From: Lama guanicoe
Taxonomy: Eukaryota
Assembly (NCBI GenBank): GCA_013239625.1
Contig: MU053561.1
Coordinates: 2,093,818-2,157,817 of the forward strand
Reading direction: 5' to 3'
DNA: 64,000 nucleotides
Of this stretch, positions 50,901 to 64,000 are shown one piece after another; position 1 is the stretch's first letter, and each line of letters starts with the position of its first letter. The translations under genes and the position numbers were made by a program. The notes under the pieces were generated by a model that was given only the letters and a program-made list of their open reading frames with translations, searched no databases and was not told where the DNA came from.

Positions 50901-52619
50901 TTTATCTTAAAAATTCCCTTATTTGTTGGGGGAAAAAAAAAACCCAAAGAAAAAAGACTAGTGGGTGGGGCGGTGGATGGAAATATAGGCTGGAGCTGGC
51001 CGGTTTCTCTCCTACGACTCCCTCCCACCACCAAAACAAGCTTCCACCTGACAGCAGAAAGAGAAACTGGCCCCACACCAGACAACCTGGTTTCCATTCG
51101 CAGCTTTGCCACTTACCGTCGAGCGATCCTGGGCAAACCACCTCCATTTCTGGGTTGGTGTCACCTCAGACGTAGAAAGAAATGTGAAAAACAATAATCC
51201 GGCCAGCCAAGTAAAATTAAAGGCTCTCCTCGCACGGTGAAGTATGAAAGACTTGTGAGAGCAGGGACTTGAGATCGTCCAAGCTTTGCTCAAGAGGGAG
51301 AAAATTTTATTGCAGCAACGTTAGAGTTGGTAGTTTTAAGATTCTGTGTGTGTCTGTTTCTCTCTTTCCCCGTGTTTTTCTAGTTTCTGAGACAGCAGGG
51401 CCTCAAAGGACAATTCCAGAGACAGGGTTTTAACGTGACATTTTGACAGCCACCTCCCTCAGCAGCAGGATTAGAAGGTCCAGATGGCTTACAGCACTAG
51501 TGATGTCAATTGCAAGTGAAAAAAGGTCAGCCTCTCGCAATTCCAGAGGCCGTGACGTTGAGCTCAGCATTCAGGCCTGGCTCTCACACAAGGGCTTATG
51601 CGTCCCTGTTTGAGATCAGAGACCTGCGGCTGTCATTTTGACTGTAAGAGCACAGCCAGTTTGGGCTTCACCCAGGGTAACTGCCCCTGCCTGTCCCTGC
51701 TGTCACTGCCACAGCTGCAGCTCCGGCCCTCATCATTCCTAGTCTCGACTCTGGGGCAGCTTCCTAATTCTTCTTCCTGCCCCCATCTCGTGCCCCCCGC
51801 AGTCCGCTCTCCATGCTGCGGGCAGTCTCATCTTTCTGAAGCGCAAGCCTGATGAGTCACTGTTTTGTGATAAACCCCTCAACGCAGGCACTTGGCGCTT
51901 CCCTGCCTTTATCATTTAGTCTCGCCTGGCATTAACAGCACGTCACTGTTTTATTTTAACCAGACAATCTCTGCCCTTCCCCACTCTTGCCTTTAAAAAA
52001 AAATGCATCAAGTTATTTCCTTTATTCATTTTTTTCTCCCTCTCTGCACACTGGGAATGTCTGCATGCTAGTTCCATCCTTTCAGTGGTCACCTTCAAAG
52101 TTTACCATACACGTTTAGCCTAAAGTCTTAAAGTTGAACTGCCTCTTCCTTCCTCTCACAGAATTCAGCTCCCTTTGCGCCTCTCTGAACTCACACAGTG
52201 CTGTTTAGAATATTTTTTTTTAACTCGGCAAAGGCCTTTTTGAGTTTGTTGATACAGTTACCACTTACTTGCTTCCTCTTTTTCCTTGTGTATCATACCA
52301 TCCTGTTGGCATCACTTTCTTCCTTGAAGTTTATTCTTTATCATAGTCCTCTGGTGGTAAATGATCTCAATTTTGTTTCCTATAACTACTTTGTCCTTAT
52401 TCTTGAGCAATACGTTTGTGAAAAACATGAATCTAGGCTGACAGCTTGTTTCCACTCACCCCTTTCTGGTCTACCTTCTGGCTGCTATTGTTCTGCTGAG
52501 AAGCTAGCATCACTTTTTAAGTGATCTGTCTTCTCTCCATCTTTGACGTTCTGCCATTTCACTACAGTGTGTCTAGACATGGATTTCTTTGTATTCATCC
52601 TGCTCCTTGAAGTTCAGAT

Positions 52620-53440
52620 CCAAGTATCCCAACTGCCTGCTCAGTATCTCAGCATTTTACGCCTGCTATGTCCAAGCTTGAGTCCCTGAAGCCCCTTGCC
52701 CCCAGCCTTGCTCTTCTTGCTATATGCCTGTATCAGAAAGGTCAATTCCATTTTTGTTTCTCAAATTGAAAATATTTCACAAGTCCTTCTTGCTTCCCTT
52801 CTTGACTTTGTGAAGTTTATTAGCAACACACAGCCACAATCTTTTAAAAATACAAATCACATCATCTGAGTCCCTGCCCAAATCCTCCAGTGGCTTCTCA
52901 TCACCCAGAGAACGTAAGCCACCTTCCTGATGTTGGCCCTTCCTCACTTGGCCCCTGCGTGCCTCTCCACCCCCACTCCCTCGCCCTTCTGCTTATTCAT
53001 GATGACCCTGCCCCCTGGCCATCAGACATGTTTCTACTTCTGCCATTCCCTCTGCCTGGAACCCCTTCCCCCAGGGCTCCCAAGCTTATCAGCCACTTCA
53101 TTCAGGTCTTGGCTCAAAAGTCCCCACCTCAGAAAAGCCTTCCTTCTCTAACTGTATTTGAAAATGAAACTTCAAAAAAAAAATTCAAAAGAAAAAATGC
53201 CTTCCACATCCATATTATTTGTCTCCTCCACCCTCTCAATTTACAACACTCGTCATCACTGACATTATGATATATTTATTTATTCATTTGTTGGTATCTG
53301 TCACCTATCCCTGCCCTACTGGAATGTATGCAAATGTTTGGGACTTTATCCGGGTTATTCATCGCTGCATCTCTTACTGCATCTCCATGTCTAGAACGTT
53401 GCATTTGGTTACTGTCTGGATGAATAATTAAATGAATGTA
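52620..53440 (+). mobile_element. L2 LINE 3' region
   Basis: tatcccaactgcctgct...aaaaatacaaatcacatcat...ctccagtggcttctcatc...ccctctgcctggaacc...tgtctggatgaataa. Confidence 0.8.
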
Positions 53441-55219
53441 TAGCTTGGCTGGGAAGAGAAAAAGAGGACAGGACAGATAGACAGAAGGGGGCGCAGAACT
53501 GAGGAGGGTTGTTTGAATTCTCTAAGACCAACTTCAGAAAGCTTTCCTAATTTCCAGCCATGTGGTCTTCCTCTCTCCGCCCACAGCATGTCATGCTTTT
53601 GTACGACATGTAATCCACCTTGTAGTTCGGACGTGTTTACACTGTGACCTTGAGAACAAGGACTTACTCACCTCTGCATCCTGGTGCCTAGCCTAGTACC
53701 TGCCATGTAACAGATGCTCACTTAATGCCTGCTGAGTTGAATTAAACCCACATTGGCTACACTAACTCTAATTCAAAATGTCTTTGCCTAATTGTTCACT
53801 GAGTCACTTTCGCAAAAAAAAAAAATCAGATTTAAATTTTATTGACAAAAAGACTAGATGGAATGAAGCCCCTTTCCGGGCGCTTTTCCTGATTCGAAGT
53901 ATCCTGAGAGCAAAGTTGAAACTATAATATTGATAGGTCCTTGAGGGTAGAGACTAAATATAACTAATCTTTGTAAACCCTCTAGTAACTCGGCACTAAT
54001 GGTTACAGAATGTGCTTTATAAATAAACAAGCATTGCATGAATGGATGTTTAAACAAGCCTCCTCCCTTGTCATTTTTTTTTTTTGGTTTCCTAATTTGC
54101 AAATTATCTCCAAGGAGAGTGTCTAGGACCCCTTCAAGCTAGATATTTTTAAAACTTCTAGCTTCTTTTAGGAGAGGGTTAGTGGTTCTTAAGCCCAAGA
54201 AGGTGAAAGCTAAGGGACGCTCAGTCCGGCTAAGGTGTGCTGGATGGCTAAGGGTTTTGCCCTTTGCATCCTCTTCTCTCCTGATATTGCTCGGAAACCA
54301 GGAAGCATGTCAGTCAAGGTTCCTTCCGACATCCCCTGGCTCCTGGAGAGGCCAGCGAGGCTCTGTCTCCCAGCTTGGCTGCCTAGGAGCACAGGCTTCA
54401 GGCTCTGGGTCAATGAGGGCGTTCTCCTTTCCAGGTGGTCTCCCACCGTCCCCCACAAGGGGGAAAGGCCTTGTGAGCTGAGTGTGCACAGCTGGTCCAG
54501 GCCCTCGGCCTGAGCTGGGCCAACAAGGGGCGTGGGTGGAGGAAGGAGGAAAGGACCAGAGTGCGCGGAGGGAGGAGTAACGTGCGCCCTGTAAACCACA
54601 GATGTTTGCCAAGTGGAAAAATACCCAACCCTCAGAATGTTTCATTTTGTGTTTCTTAGAAACATTTCACGAAAGGGGTCAAGTGAAACGCCATCTCTGC
54701 TGAAGCCAGGTGTGAGCCGCTTCCCTCTCCTCCACAAACAGGGCTGCTTTTCCCAGTATTTGGTCTGAGTGCCCAGGGGGAGCTGCACACACTGCGACAC
54801 TCGTCACTCGGGCGCCCTTTCCAGCAGCAGATCTCTGACATGCCTGGGAGGCTTCCAGCGGTCTCTAGAACTCTCCTCAGACTGCGCCCTGGGCAGCACA
54901 GCTCTGAAAGCCACAGCCCGAGCCAGAGGAAGCTCAGGGCCAGGCTTCTGAGATCTGTCAGGTGCAGACCCCCGCGGGTGGCCCGGCGCTCCAGCTGGGC
55001 TCGTCCAGGCCTGGCAACACTCTTGGACCAGGATGGGGAAGAAGGGGCCCACCCAGCGCTGAAGGAAGTGTAGGCCCCCCGTAACTTTTCTAGGGGGCTC
55101 TCGGGTAGGTGGGCTTCATGCCATAAGCTAAAGCGGCCAGCGCTGGGCCCGCAGGTGGGCTCGATCAGCCCTTGTCAGGGGTGGTTTGGCCCAGCCATTA
55201 GGTTCCAAATGACCTGTTT

Positions 55220-55360
55220 CAAATGATTATGGGGGAGCTACTTAGCCTGAGGCCATGTCCTCATCTGGAAGTGGGAGCGATCACAGTACCCTCCTCATGC
55301 TGTTATGAGGATTAGATGGGACGATGTTTGCCACGTGGTTAGCAGGGTGCCTGGCATTTT
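55220..55360 (+). mobile_element. MIR SINE 3' part
   Basis: cctcatctggaagtggg...tgttatgaggattagatg...gtgcctggca. Confidence 0.7.
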
Positions 55361-56149
55361 CGAAGGGCTTGGAATACAAGGGCATGATGGCTAAGCTGAA
55401 TGACGAGAGCCTGAATTACAGAGGGGCTGACAGTCCTCACGGGAGGTACGGCAACCACCCTCCACCAATAAAAGCTGCGGTCGATGGGGAGTTGTTGGGC
55501 AGGGCTGGAGCCAAGTGGCAGGTGACTCCTCAGCCCGGGCTCCTGTCCCACGGGACGGCCAGTTTAGGAAGCAAGGCTGGTCTGAGCCTCAGCTGGGTTC
55601 GTCTACTGGTGCCATGTGGGACAAACTATTTAATCCTCCCAACCATCCTGTGAGAGGTATGTATTAACCCATTTTTCAGATGAGAAGATTGAAACTTAGA
55701 GATGTTGGCGTCGTAGCCTAGGGTCACGAAGTAAATATGCACCAGACCTGCGATTTGAGCCTCTAGTGCTCGACTCCACAGAATACCTGTCATTCCTGTT
55801 GTTTCTTGCCAGCACTTAGACAGAACTGCCAAGTTTTAGGGACTCCCTTATGACAAGAGTCTCTGGGTGAAAAGCTCCTTGCCCCTGACAGCCAGAGTGA
55901 GCAATGAACCCCTCTCTACTGTTCATCAAACAGAAACTTCAAACCACGTGTGAGGTTGCAAAGCAAAGGACCACTAAGGACAGGTCTGTGATGGTCCCAC
56001 GATGGGGGCTGCGTCTGACAATGGCCTCCTGCCCAGGGGTTTGTGTCCTAGCTTCCTCAGTCCCTAGCTCCCACCCACTCTCCAAGCCTGTGCCTCCAGC
56101 TTCCTGCAGCTTTTCTCCAATAGGAATTGCAAGATTAATCTGTTCAAGA

Positions 56150-56520
56150 ACACATTCCTAATTCCACCCCATCTAAATCTTACTGTTTCCTGTTCAGTAA
56201 ATGGTAACTGCATTCTGCCAGTTGCTCGGGCCTAAAACTCTAGAGTCAATCTTGTGTCTTCTCTCTTTCACAGTCATAGCCAAGCCATGAACAAATCACG
56301 TCAGCTTCACCTTCAAATTACACACTGTCCTCACTGGTCCGAGTCACCATTCCTCACCTGGATTATTTCAGTAGCCTCTAAACTGGCCGCCAAATGTCTG
56401 TTCTCCGCAAAGAAGCCAGAGTGACCCTTTAAAAGCACGGAGCAAATCACGTCGCACATTGCTCAGCCTCCCAGGGGCTCCTACCTCACTCAGCGTAAAA
56501 GCCAACCTCTCTGCAGCAGA
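56150..56520 (+). mobile_element. L2 LINE fragment
   Basis: tcagtaaatggtaactgcattctgccagttgctcgggcc...gaagccagagtgacccttt. Confidence 0.75.
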
Positions 56521-57638
56521 TGCTAAGTCTCAGGTGACTGGGCCCGTGGTCCCTCCAGTGTCCTCCCCTTCCACTCTCCCCGGCTCTTCTAAACATGTCA
56601 TGCAGCCCTGCCTGGAAGGACTGGTTGCTGTAAAGTGTCATCCCTGCCTGGCCTTAGCATCTTAAATAGGATCGTACTAAAGATCACATCTCTTTCCCTA
56701 AAATGACTTTCCCTTGTGTGTTGCAACCAGACTCCACATCCAACAAACTTTTCATTCCTCAAACTTCAGTCAAATGCTTCTGCTCTGAAAGCTTGAGTTA
56801 GGATGGTTTGGGTTCCTCTGCATTCTGTTCACCACCAAGTAGCTCTGCTTGCTCCCGAAGGAACAAATCTAGCCTTTAAACCTTGCTTTACTTAGGCAAC
56901 TCACGTTCCCTTCTTCACGGTGGGGAAGACTGAGGGCTTGTTACCAGTAATCATGTTGCTGCCATGCCCTTCTGCCTTCTTGCCACCAGCAGTTTCTGTT
57001 TCCTAACCTCCAGTAGCATTTTGGGACACAGTTTTACTGGAAAACATAATTTTTGGCTCTTCTAGCCCAGCAGATCCCCAAGTGTCACAGTGGGCTCTGT
57101 ATCTCTAGTGCCTTGCATGATTATTGGCATACAGATGTTCAATAAATATTTAAAGAAAAATAATTCCTAAAGGACTTCAGCAGAGCTGTACAAATAATAA
57201 CTGTGAGCAATTAGAATTCGACTCATAAAGTGTCATTAAATACACAATTCCAGAGCATATCTGTTGTCCTGTGTGAGCCAAAATCATTTGTAGGGTTCAA
57301 ATTAGAAGTTTTCTAGGTCTGTCTTCTGATATGAGACATTTTTCGTCTTTTAATAACTCTTACCTATTAGTTCAAAGCCTTTAAAGGAAGGGAGGTCATA
57401 TCAAGAAGGAAATGGAAAAGTCTTTTTTAGGCAATATTTGTCTTGTTTGGCAAACGTTTCGGCACTGCCTTGGTTTCGGGCAGGCAGGCACCCTGGGGCA
57501 GGCGGAATCCTGTGCTGTGGCCTGCGCAGCCAAGAGCTGCGGCATCGCTCTGCTAGCCAACGGCAGGGTGAACTGAAACACTTAAGCAAGAGGTTCCTCT
57601 GTGTCTTGAGCCTCCCAGGCTTCAATTAGCTGAAGATT

Positions 57639-57672
57639 AAAAAAAAAAAAAAGAGAGAGAGAGAGAGAGAGA
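57639..57672. repeat. A-run plus (GA)n microsatellite
   Basis: Read directly. Confidence 0.9.
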
Positions 57673-59239
57673 TTATCACTCTGTGGTGGCATCTATTTCT
57701 GGCTTCCTACTGCTGAATCTTTTCAAAATACTGTGCCCACGCTAATTTGTTTTGGAGTCATCCGAAGTTTTGGTGAGAAGTTTTGAAAGGTATTTCCAGG
57801 GAAGCCCCTTGATCTCTTTCCTAAATAACATTTGTTTTGTGTTATCTCACGGGCTCTTTGGTATTGGTGGATGACTGAACTCAGGTGTTCAGGAGGGAGA
57901 GTCACTCCTGGGATCTTGGTGGGTGCTCCTGCTGGCCCGCCCTGGGCCATGGACAAAGCGGTCTCGGGGTCTGAAAAGGACTGCACGAGAGGACTGCTTT
58001 ATGGGTCTCAGTGAAGTGGGTGTCCTTTCCCAAGTCCACGGCTCATCTTCCCACCGGTGCTCTGGATCTCATCTCTCCTCCTTCTTTAGGTATCTCTGCC
58101 TTATCCAATAGCTCCTTTCCCCCTTACCTTCAAACTCTACTTCCTTTTAAAATTCAGTTCAAATGTCAGGTACTTGAAGAATCTTTCTTGATTATCTTCT
58201 CCCCTCCCAAGCCCATCCTAAGAGTGACGACGTGCTCTTCCTGTTCTGTCCCTGCCATATGGAATGCGATCCTCTGCTACCGCACTTGTCCCAGGAGTGA
58301 CTGGGCCGATCCCTGTTTGGGGGGAGATTTTATTTTGATTTCTATATACGTGAGGCTTCTGGAAACAGTAGGTGAAACCTCAGTAAATATGTGTGCAATA
58401 TAATAACCACATTAACTATCTCATAACTCACATGCAGATTTCCTAGCCCAGGTTCCTCATTTTACAGAAGATACGCAGAGGTTCAGAGAAGCTGAATAAC
58501 TTGCCTAAGGCCTTACAAACATTCAGAGGAAGATAAAAGACTACAATTTTGGATTCCTGACTAATCAGAGATCCCTGTTCCTCCTACTAGGCCCTTCTGA
58601 CACTCTGTGAACCAACAACACTGAGTATTTCCCACATTTGCATAAAAAGGACACACTACATGACATAGCCCTTCTCTGATGTTTACACTCTTCCTAGTGT
58701 ATATGGCTTTGATAAAGGTTTTGTTGCTAGAAAATTCCAAATCAAGAGAAATGGACCCTTCAATAGGGCAGCCTGCTCTGGTGGAAACACTGAGGTCTGG
58801 GTGTTTATTTAACAGATATATGAGTTGTTAAGTGAATTTAAAAAATGGCTACTGTACTACGTTCTTAAGTCTCTGACAAGCTAGTAGAGGACGTTAAGGG
58901 CAAGTCTACAAATAAATATAAGGCAAAATGTGATAAATCATAAGAGAGTTAAGAACAAGAACAATGGATGTACAAATATGGAAGAAGTCATTCAAACTTA
59001 GGGAAGTCAGGGAAGGTTCTGTAAAAGTTTCAGTGTATGAGAACACAAAAGACGAGTAGGTTTTGCTAGACATAGATAAAGGCCTTTCAGATAGGAAGAG
59101 AATTGCTTTAAGGCTAACATTTCTAGAGGAATTTATAAAGAATACTGATAAAAATATCCAGCCAGCCATCTTCTATTTATTCCTGGAATGGCAAAAGGCA
59201 GAGCGAGGAGCAAATTCTTTCCCCCAAAAAGAATAAAAC

Positions 59240-61700
59240 AGAGAAACTTCTAGAAATTGAGCAAAGGCATACAATAAATCAAGAAGCATTTATTCAAGAA
59301 GAATTACTGACCGTTGGCTTAGAACAGCATGTCTGTGGTATTTTAGCCTAGGGCCACTCCCATCTCCTTCCAGCTCCATCAGCAGGGCTCTTCTCCCAGG
59401 CAGGACAAGTTGGAAGGAGATGACTTGATTTGGAGAGGAGTGAGTGCAGAAAAACTCCATTCTCCCGGGCATTCTCAGTGGTAAATGAATAGGAAAGATT
59501 AATGTAGCTAGCCTGAGGTTTTGGTTCTGGATGGGACAAGCAACAGATTGGCAGACTGGCCAGAAATTTAACAGGGAGATAGGTCCGTGGAATGAGACAA
59601 CCATAGTCCGCCTTGCTACATATTCCTGGTGGTTTGGAAGCCTACAAGCAAGAACAAGGCAGCGTATATATTCAGGGGAGACTCGAGAGAGCCCTAGCTA
59701 TCTGCACGCATTCCTGGCTGAATGTGAGGCCTTGGACACAGGCAGCAACTCACGAGGGCCCAGGGTAGAGGACAAGCTGCGTGAACTTGTAAGCTGCACG
59801 CATTTTGAACGTGTTCTACAACCTACACACAGATCTACTGGCAAGCGGTAAAAGCCCTTACTGGCTAAAGATATTTGAGGACAACTTCTGACAAATCATT
59901 GGCCGACCACTAAGCTATGCTAACACAGAGGTGATTCCTAGGGAGCCACATTAAAAAAATGTAAGTAAGATTTAAAACATGTAACACTGAGCAGAGACAT
60001 CAATGGCCATATATGCCACAGAAGGACGATCTCTGTAGAATTAGTCCAGGGAAATCACTAAACAAACAAACAGAAAAATGGCAGGAGCAACGATTACTAC
60101 CTCCCTGGGGGGAGGAGATAAAATCAGAATCCAAAGTTTCTATAATATTACCTAAAATATCTAATTTTCAATTTAAAAAAGTGATAAGATATGCAAAGAA
60201 ACAGGAGCGTGACCTATTTTCAGGGAAAAAAAAGTAGTCAGTAAATACTGTCTCTGTCACTGACCTCCACCCACTAGATGCCAGGAGCACCACGCCCGAA
60301 CTCCCCAAGTCATGACAATCAACAGTGTCTGCAGACATTGCCAATGTCTCCTGGGGGAAGCAGGCAAAATCATCCCTTGACTGAGAGCCACTGCTCTAAA
60401 GCTACAGTAATCAACATAACGTGGTGCTGGTGTTGGCGTAAGGAAAGATAAATATCAGAGGAACAAGATTAAGAATACAGAAATAAAACCATACATTTAT
60501 GACCAACTGGTATTTTACAAAGGTACCAAAGCAATTTAACAGGGAAAGGACAGTCCTTTCAATAAACAGTACTGGGACAGATAAGCACACACAAAGACAA
60601 CTTTGGATCGTACCATACGTGAGAAAGTAAGTCGAAATCAATCATACACCTAAATGTAAGAACTAGAAACTATACAACTTTAAGAAGAAAAGATAGGTCA
60701 AAGTCTTCATGACCTTGAATTAGGCAAAAAAGGAAAATCCATAAAAGAAAATATTATTAAATTACACTTGATCAAAATTAAAGTGTTTTTCATTCAAAAT
60801 ACACCATTAAAAATGAAAAGACAAACCACAGTCTTAGAGAAAATAAATACAAAATATATAAAGAACTCTTACAACTCAGTAAGACAGTCCAATCTTTTCA
60901 ATGGGCAAAATATTCCAACAGACATTTTACCAAAGAAACACACATAGCTAACAGCACAGACTCACCACCATCAGTCATCAGGGAAATGCCATTAAAGCCA
61001 CATGCAGATACAACCTCACATCCGCTAGAATGGCTACAAAACAGACAGACAGTAACAAATGGTGGTGGAGATACAGAGAAACTGGTACTCTCACTCTTGT
61101 GCATCATGGTGGGTATGTCAAAACAGTCACTTTGGAAGAAAGTATGGTGGTTTTTTAAAGTTATACGTAACTTGACCATATTGTCCAGCATTTCCAACTC
61201 CTAAGTACATACTCAGGAGAAATGAAAACACATATCCACACCCAGATTTGTATGCAAGGTTCATAACAATGTTGTTCATAATTGCCAAAAAGTGGAAACC
61301 AAAATGTCTATCAACTGCTCAATGGGTAAAGAAAGTCCGGTATATTCACACAATGAAATATTTTCATCAATAAAAAGGAAAAAACTCTGGATACTTGCTA
61401 TAGTGTAGACAGAGCTTGAAAACATTGTTAGGTCAGAGAAGCCAGATGCAAAAGACCACGTATGTATGATGTAATTTATACCAGATGCCCCCAAAAGGCA
61501 AATCTATAAAGACAAAAAGCAGATTAGTGGTTGTCAGGGGCTGGGTTAGGAACAGAAATTGACTGCAAATGTGTATGGAAGAGCTTTGTGGATTGTGGAA
61601 GGGCTGTAAAACTCTATAAGCTTACTGAACATCACTGAAATTCCCCTTATAATGGGAAAGTTTTATTTTATGTAAACCATATCTCAATAAAGCTGTTAAT
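59240..61700 (+). mobile_element. Old L1 (L1MD/ME-like): 5' region joined to ORF2 end and 3' UTR, with a MER20 fragment between
   Basis: ctaaagctacagtaatcaa...aaggacagtcctttcaataaa...aatgggcaaaa...ctcAATAAAgctgtt at ~61685. Confidence 0.85.
60255..60394. mobile_element. MER20 DNA transposon fragment
   Basis: ccacccactagatgccag...cagacattgccaatgtctcctgggg...gcaaaatc...tgagagccactg. Confidence 0.85.
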
Positions 61701-62261
61701 TTTGAAGTTAAACAAGCAAATAGCAAAAAAACCCCAATTCTCTTATATTCCTACCATACAAAGATAACTGCTGTTAACTTTCAGTGTTTTTTTTTTCTGA
61801 GTATGTGTTCTAACAAAAAGTGACTTTTACGATAGTTTTTAAACTGCTTTGTTCATATATATTATTAATATATTTGCATGTCATTAAATCTTTAAAATAA
61901 CAACGAAACGGCACATTCCATAAAGTCATGAATAAAACTGCAAAACCACTTTAAAGACCATCTAATGTCTTCATTTTACCTGCTTTTGGTTTCAGTTTCC
62001 TTATGTATAAAACAAGGAGGTGGAACTAGGTTGCTTTCTTGATTCTTTACTGCCCTTCCCCTCTTTACTAGGTTGTTTCTATTCCTTTTGGAATCTGTTG
62101 CTAATGAAAATAATTAAAAATAGCAAATACAGTTGTGAGCTTATTTCAGTCCAGGTACATGGATTTTTCTTATTTAATTCTCCTAAAAATCCTGTATTAC
62201 CCTCCTTTTACAGACAAAAAACATTTAAATTTTCTTAGGGTTAAGAAATTGAAATTTTCTT

Positions 62262-62392
62262 AAGGGGAGAATAGGAAGTTATTGCTTAATGGTTTCAGAG
62301 ACTGGAGTGATGAAAAAGTCTTGGAAATAGATAATGATGATGGTTGTAAAACATTGCTAATGTAATTACTAATGCCACTGGATTTTATACTT
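62262..62392 (+). mobile_element. L1MB-like 3' end fragment
   Basis: gttattgcttaatgg...gatgaaaaagtcttggaaatagat...gatggttgtaaaacattg. Confidence 0.75.
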
Positions 62393-62499
62393 CTAGCAAA
62401 TATCTTATTGCAAAAAATTTCTTTTAAAAAGAAATGTTAGGTCAGTCAACAAATTGCAGTCTCTCGCCATCTGAACCCATCCATGCTCTTTTTAAAAAA

Positions 62500-62828
62500 A
62501 TTTACAGCCTTATTGAGATGTAATTTTGGCATAACATGGGGTAAACTTAAGGTGTATATGATTTGATATATGCATATACTGTGCAGTGATTATAAGGTTA
62601 GTTACCACATTCATCACCTCACATACATCTTTTTGATATGTGTGTGGTGAGAACATTTAAGACCTACTCTCATAGCAACTTTCAAGTATACAATACGGTG
62701 TTGTTAACTATCATCCCTAGAACTTGTTCATCTTATAAATGGAGTTGGTACCCTTTGACTAACATCTCCCCACCTCCCCTCAACCTCCCAGCCCCTGGCA
62801 ATCACCAGTCTACCCTGTTTCTATGAGG
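62500..62828 (-). mobile_element. L1MA-like 3' end, antisense
   Basis: tgtggtgagaacatttaagacctactctcatagcaactttcaagtatacaatac. Confidence 0.85.
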
Positions 62829-64000
62829 AACTCATACTCTTAACATGAATGCTATCTGCATGTTGACAGGCTTTTAAACTAATGGAATAATGATGAAAAT
62901 GTCAGGTACTTGGCAGACAGAGAGAGGCCCAGATTTTATCAAATTACAGTCACTGAGAGATCCTTATTCTTTTATCTGGTCCTGTCTTACTTGCTTCTGA
63001 AAAGATAAGTTCACAATTAATTCTGACATATCTATAATGTAAATTTCCTCGTTTAAATTTTTGATCAAGTTAAAATCCACTGTGCCAGGAAGAATTAGAT
63101 CTCAAGGATGTAAACTGGCTGCTATTTCAGGTTTTACTACCACCCTATTTGATGCTCCATGGGTACAGACTTTTAAGTGTCCTGTGCTTTTACAGTATCA
63201 ATAGATTAAACCACTGTCTACAGTCTAGCTGATCCTACTCCTCAAGTCTCTTGGGCCTATCTTTGCCTGAGAATCACTTAAAAAGGGTCAGGTCAGATTC
63301 TAATGTGACAGAATGAGATCCAGTGATCAAGGCAACTTTTAAGCTTGATGGTCTCAGAGGTGGGACTCGATTAGATCTCAGAGAGAACAGGCAGAGTCAT
63401 AGTATAAGATTGTCACACAGGTCTATAGTTTGTTTTCTTAAAATCAGATGGCATGAAAATTACCCTTTAAGCAAACTCTTCATCTTTCCATGACATCAAG
63501 AAATGTGAAGATTAGCTGAACCAAAAGAAACACTCCCTGAATGTGGGAGACCAAAGACTACCAGTGACTGTAAAAGCCAAAGCTGTTCTGTAAACAGGAA
63601 GATCTGAACTCTGTTGTCATCAGTGGGAACAAATGAAGGCTAAACAGACTGTTCGCTTAAAGAGCATCTTTATTTAATCTTCAATATACAATATTACCTT
63701 TACTTTATAAAAATTACATATGGAGGACATGACTGGAAATCCGTTCAGGAGTGGCCAGTGGGTACTGATTTAGGGGATTATACTTGCCCCACCTATTAGT
63801 TTAAGGAAAAATTATACCAAAGAATTAGACCAGTGAGATTGAGAAATGGCATTTTAACTTCCAAATCCAGTGTAAAAACTGGGGATGCTTTATTCAATTA
63901 ATCCAACAAAAACTAACTTCCAAATTTTCTAAAAACTGACTTTTCCCAAGAAAGAGCTGAGCTTATCTCCACGGGGTTTTCTGGTACGCAATCTGCAGGA

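Noticed and set aside
1..64000. CRISPR array, operon or other prokaryote-type system
   Set aside because: No regularly spaced repeat-spacer array or gene-dense region; the repeat content is mammalian throughout

Overview
Mammalian genomic DNA, probably camelid: a tRNA-derived SINE at 8275-8415 resembles my recollection of the Camelidae Vic-1 family. No credible protein-coding exon is present; the ORF track is explained by chance ORFs in GC-rich DNA, simple repeats, an N-gap and L1 remnants. A CpG island (~4700-7100, split by a 447-N gap) carries a TATA/GC-box promoter and a short ATG-less first exon of an unidentified minus-strand gene, whose first intron runs off the left edge. The remaining ~57 kb is intergenic-looking DNA with old MIR, L2, L1M, MLT1 and hAT-Charlie elements plus a few younger insertions; the 3' end of another minus-strand gene may lie at the far right. 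Two structures stand out: (1) two ~140-bp arms I cannot assign to any transposon, about 85% identical by hand alignment, in inverted orientation ~6 kb apart (16118-16257 and 22241-22380); (2) a ~100-bp L1 3' end flanked by an unusually long direct duplication (identical 50-bp unique segments plus related GA-rich blocks). Repeat subfamily names come from recalled consensus motifs, and repeat boundaries are approximate.
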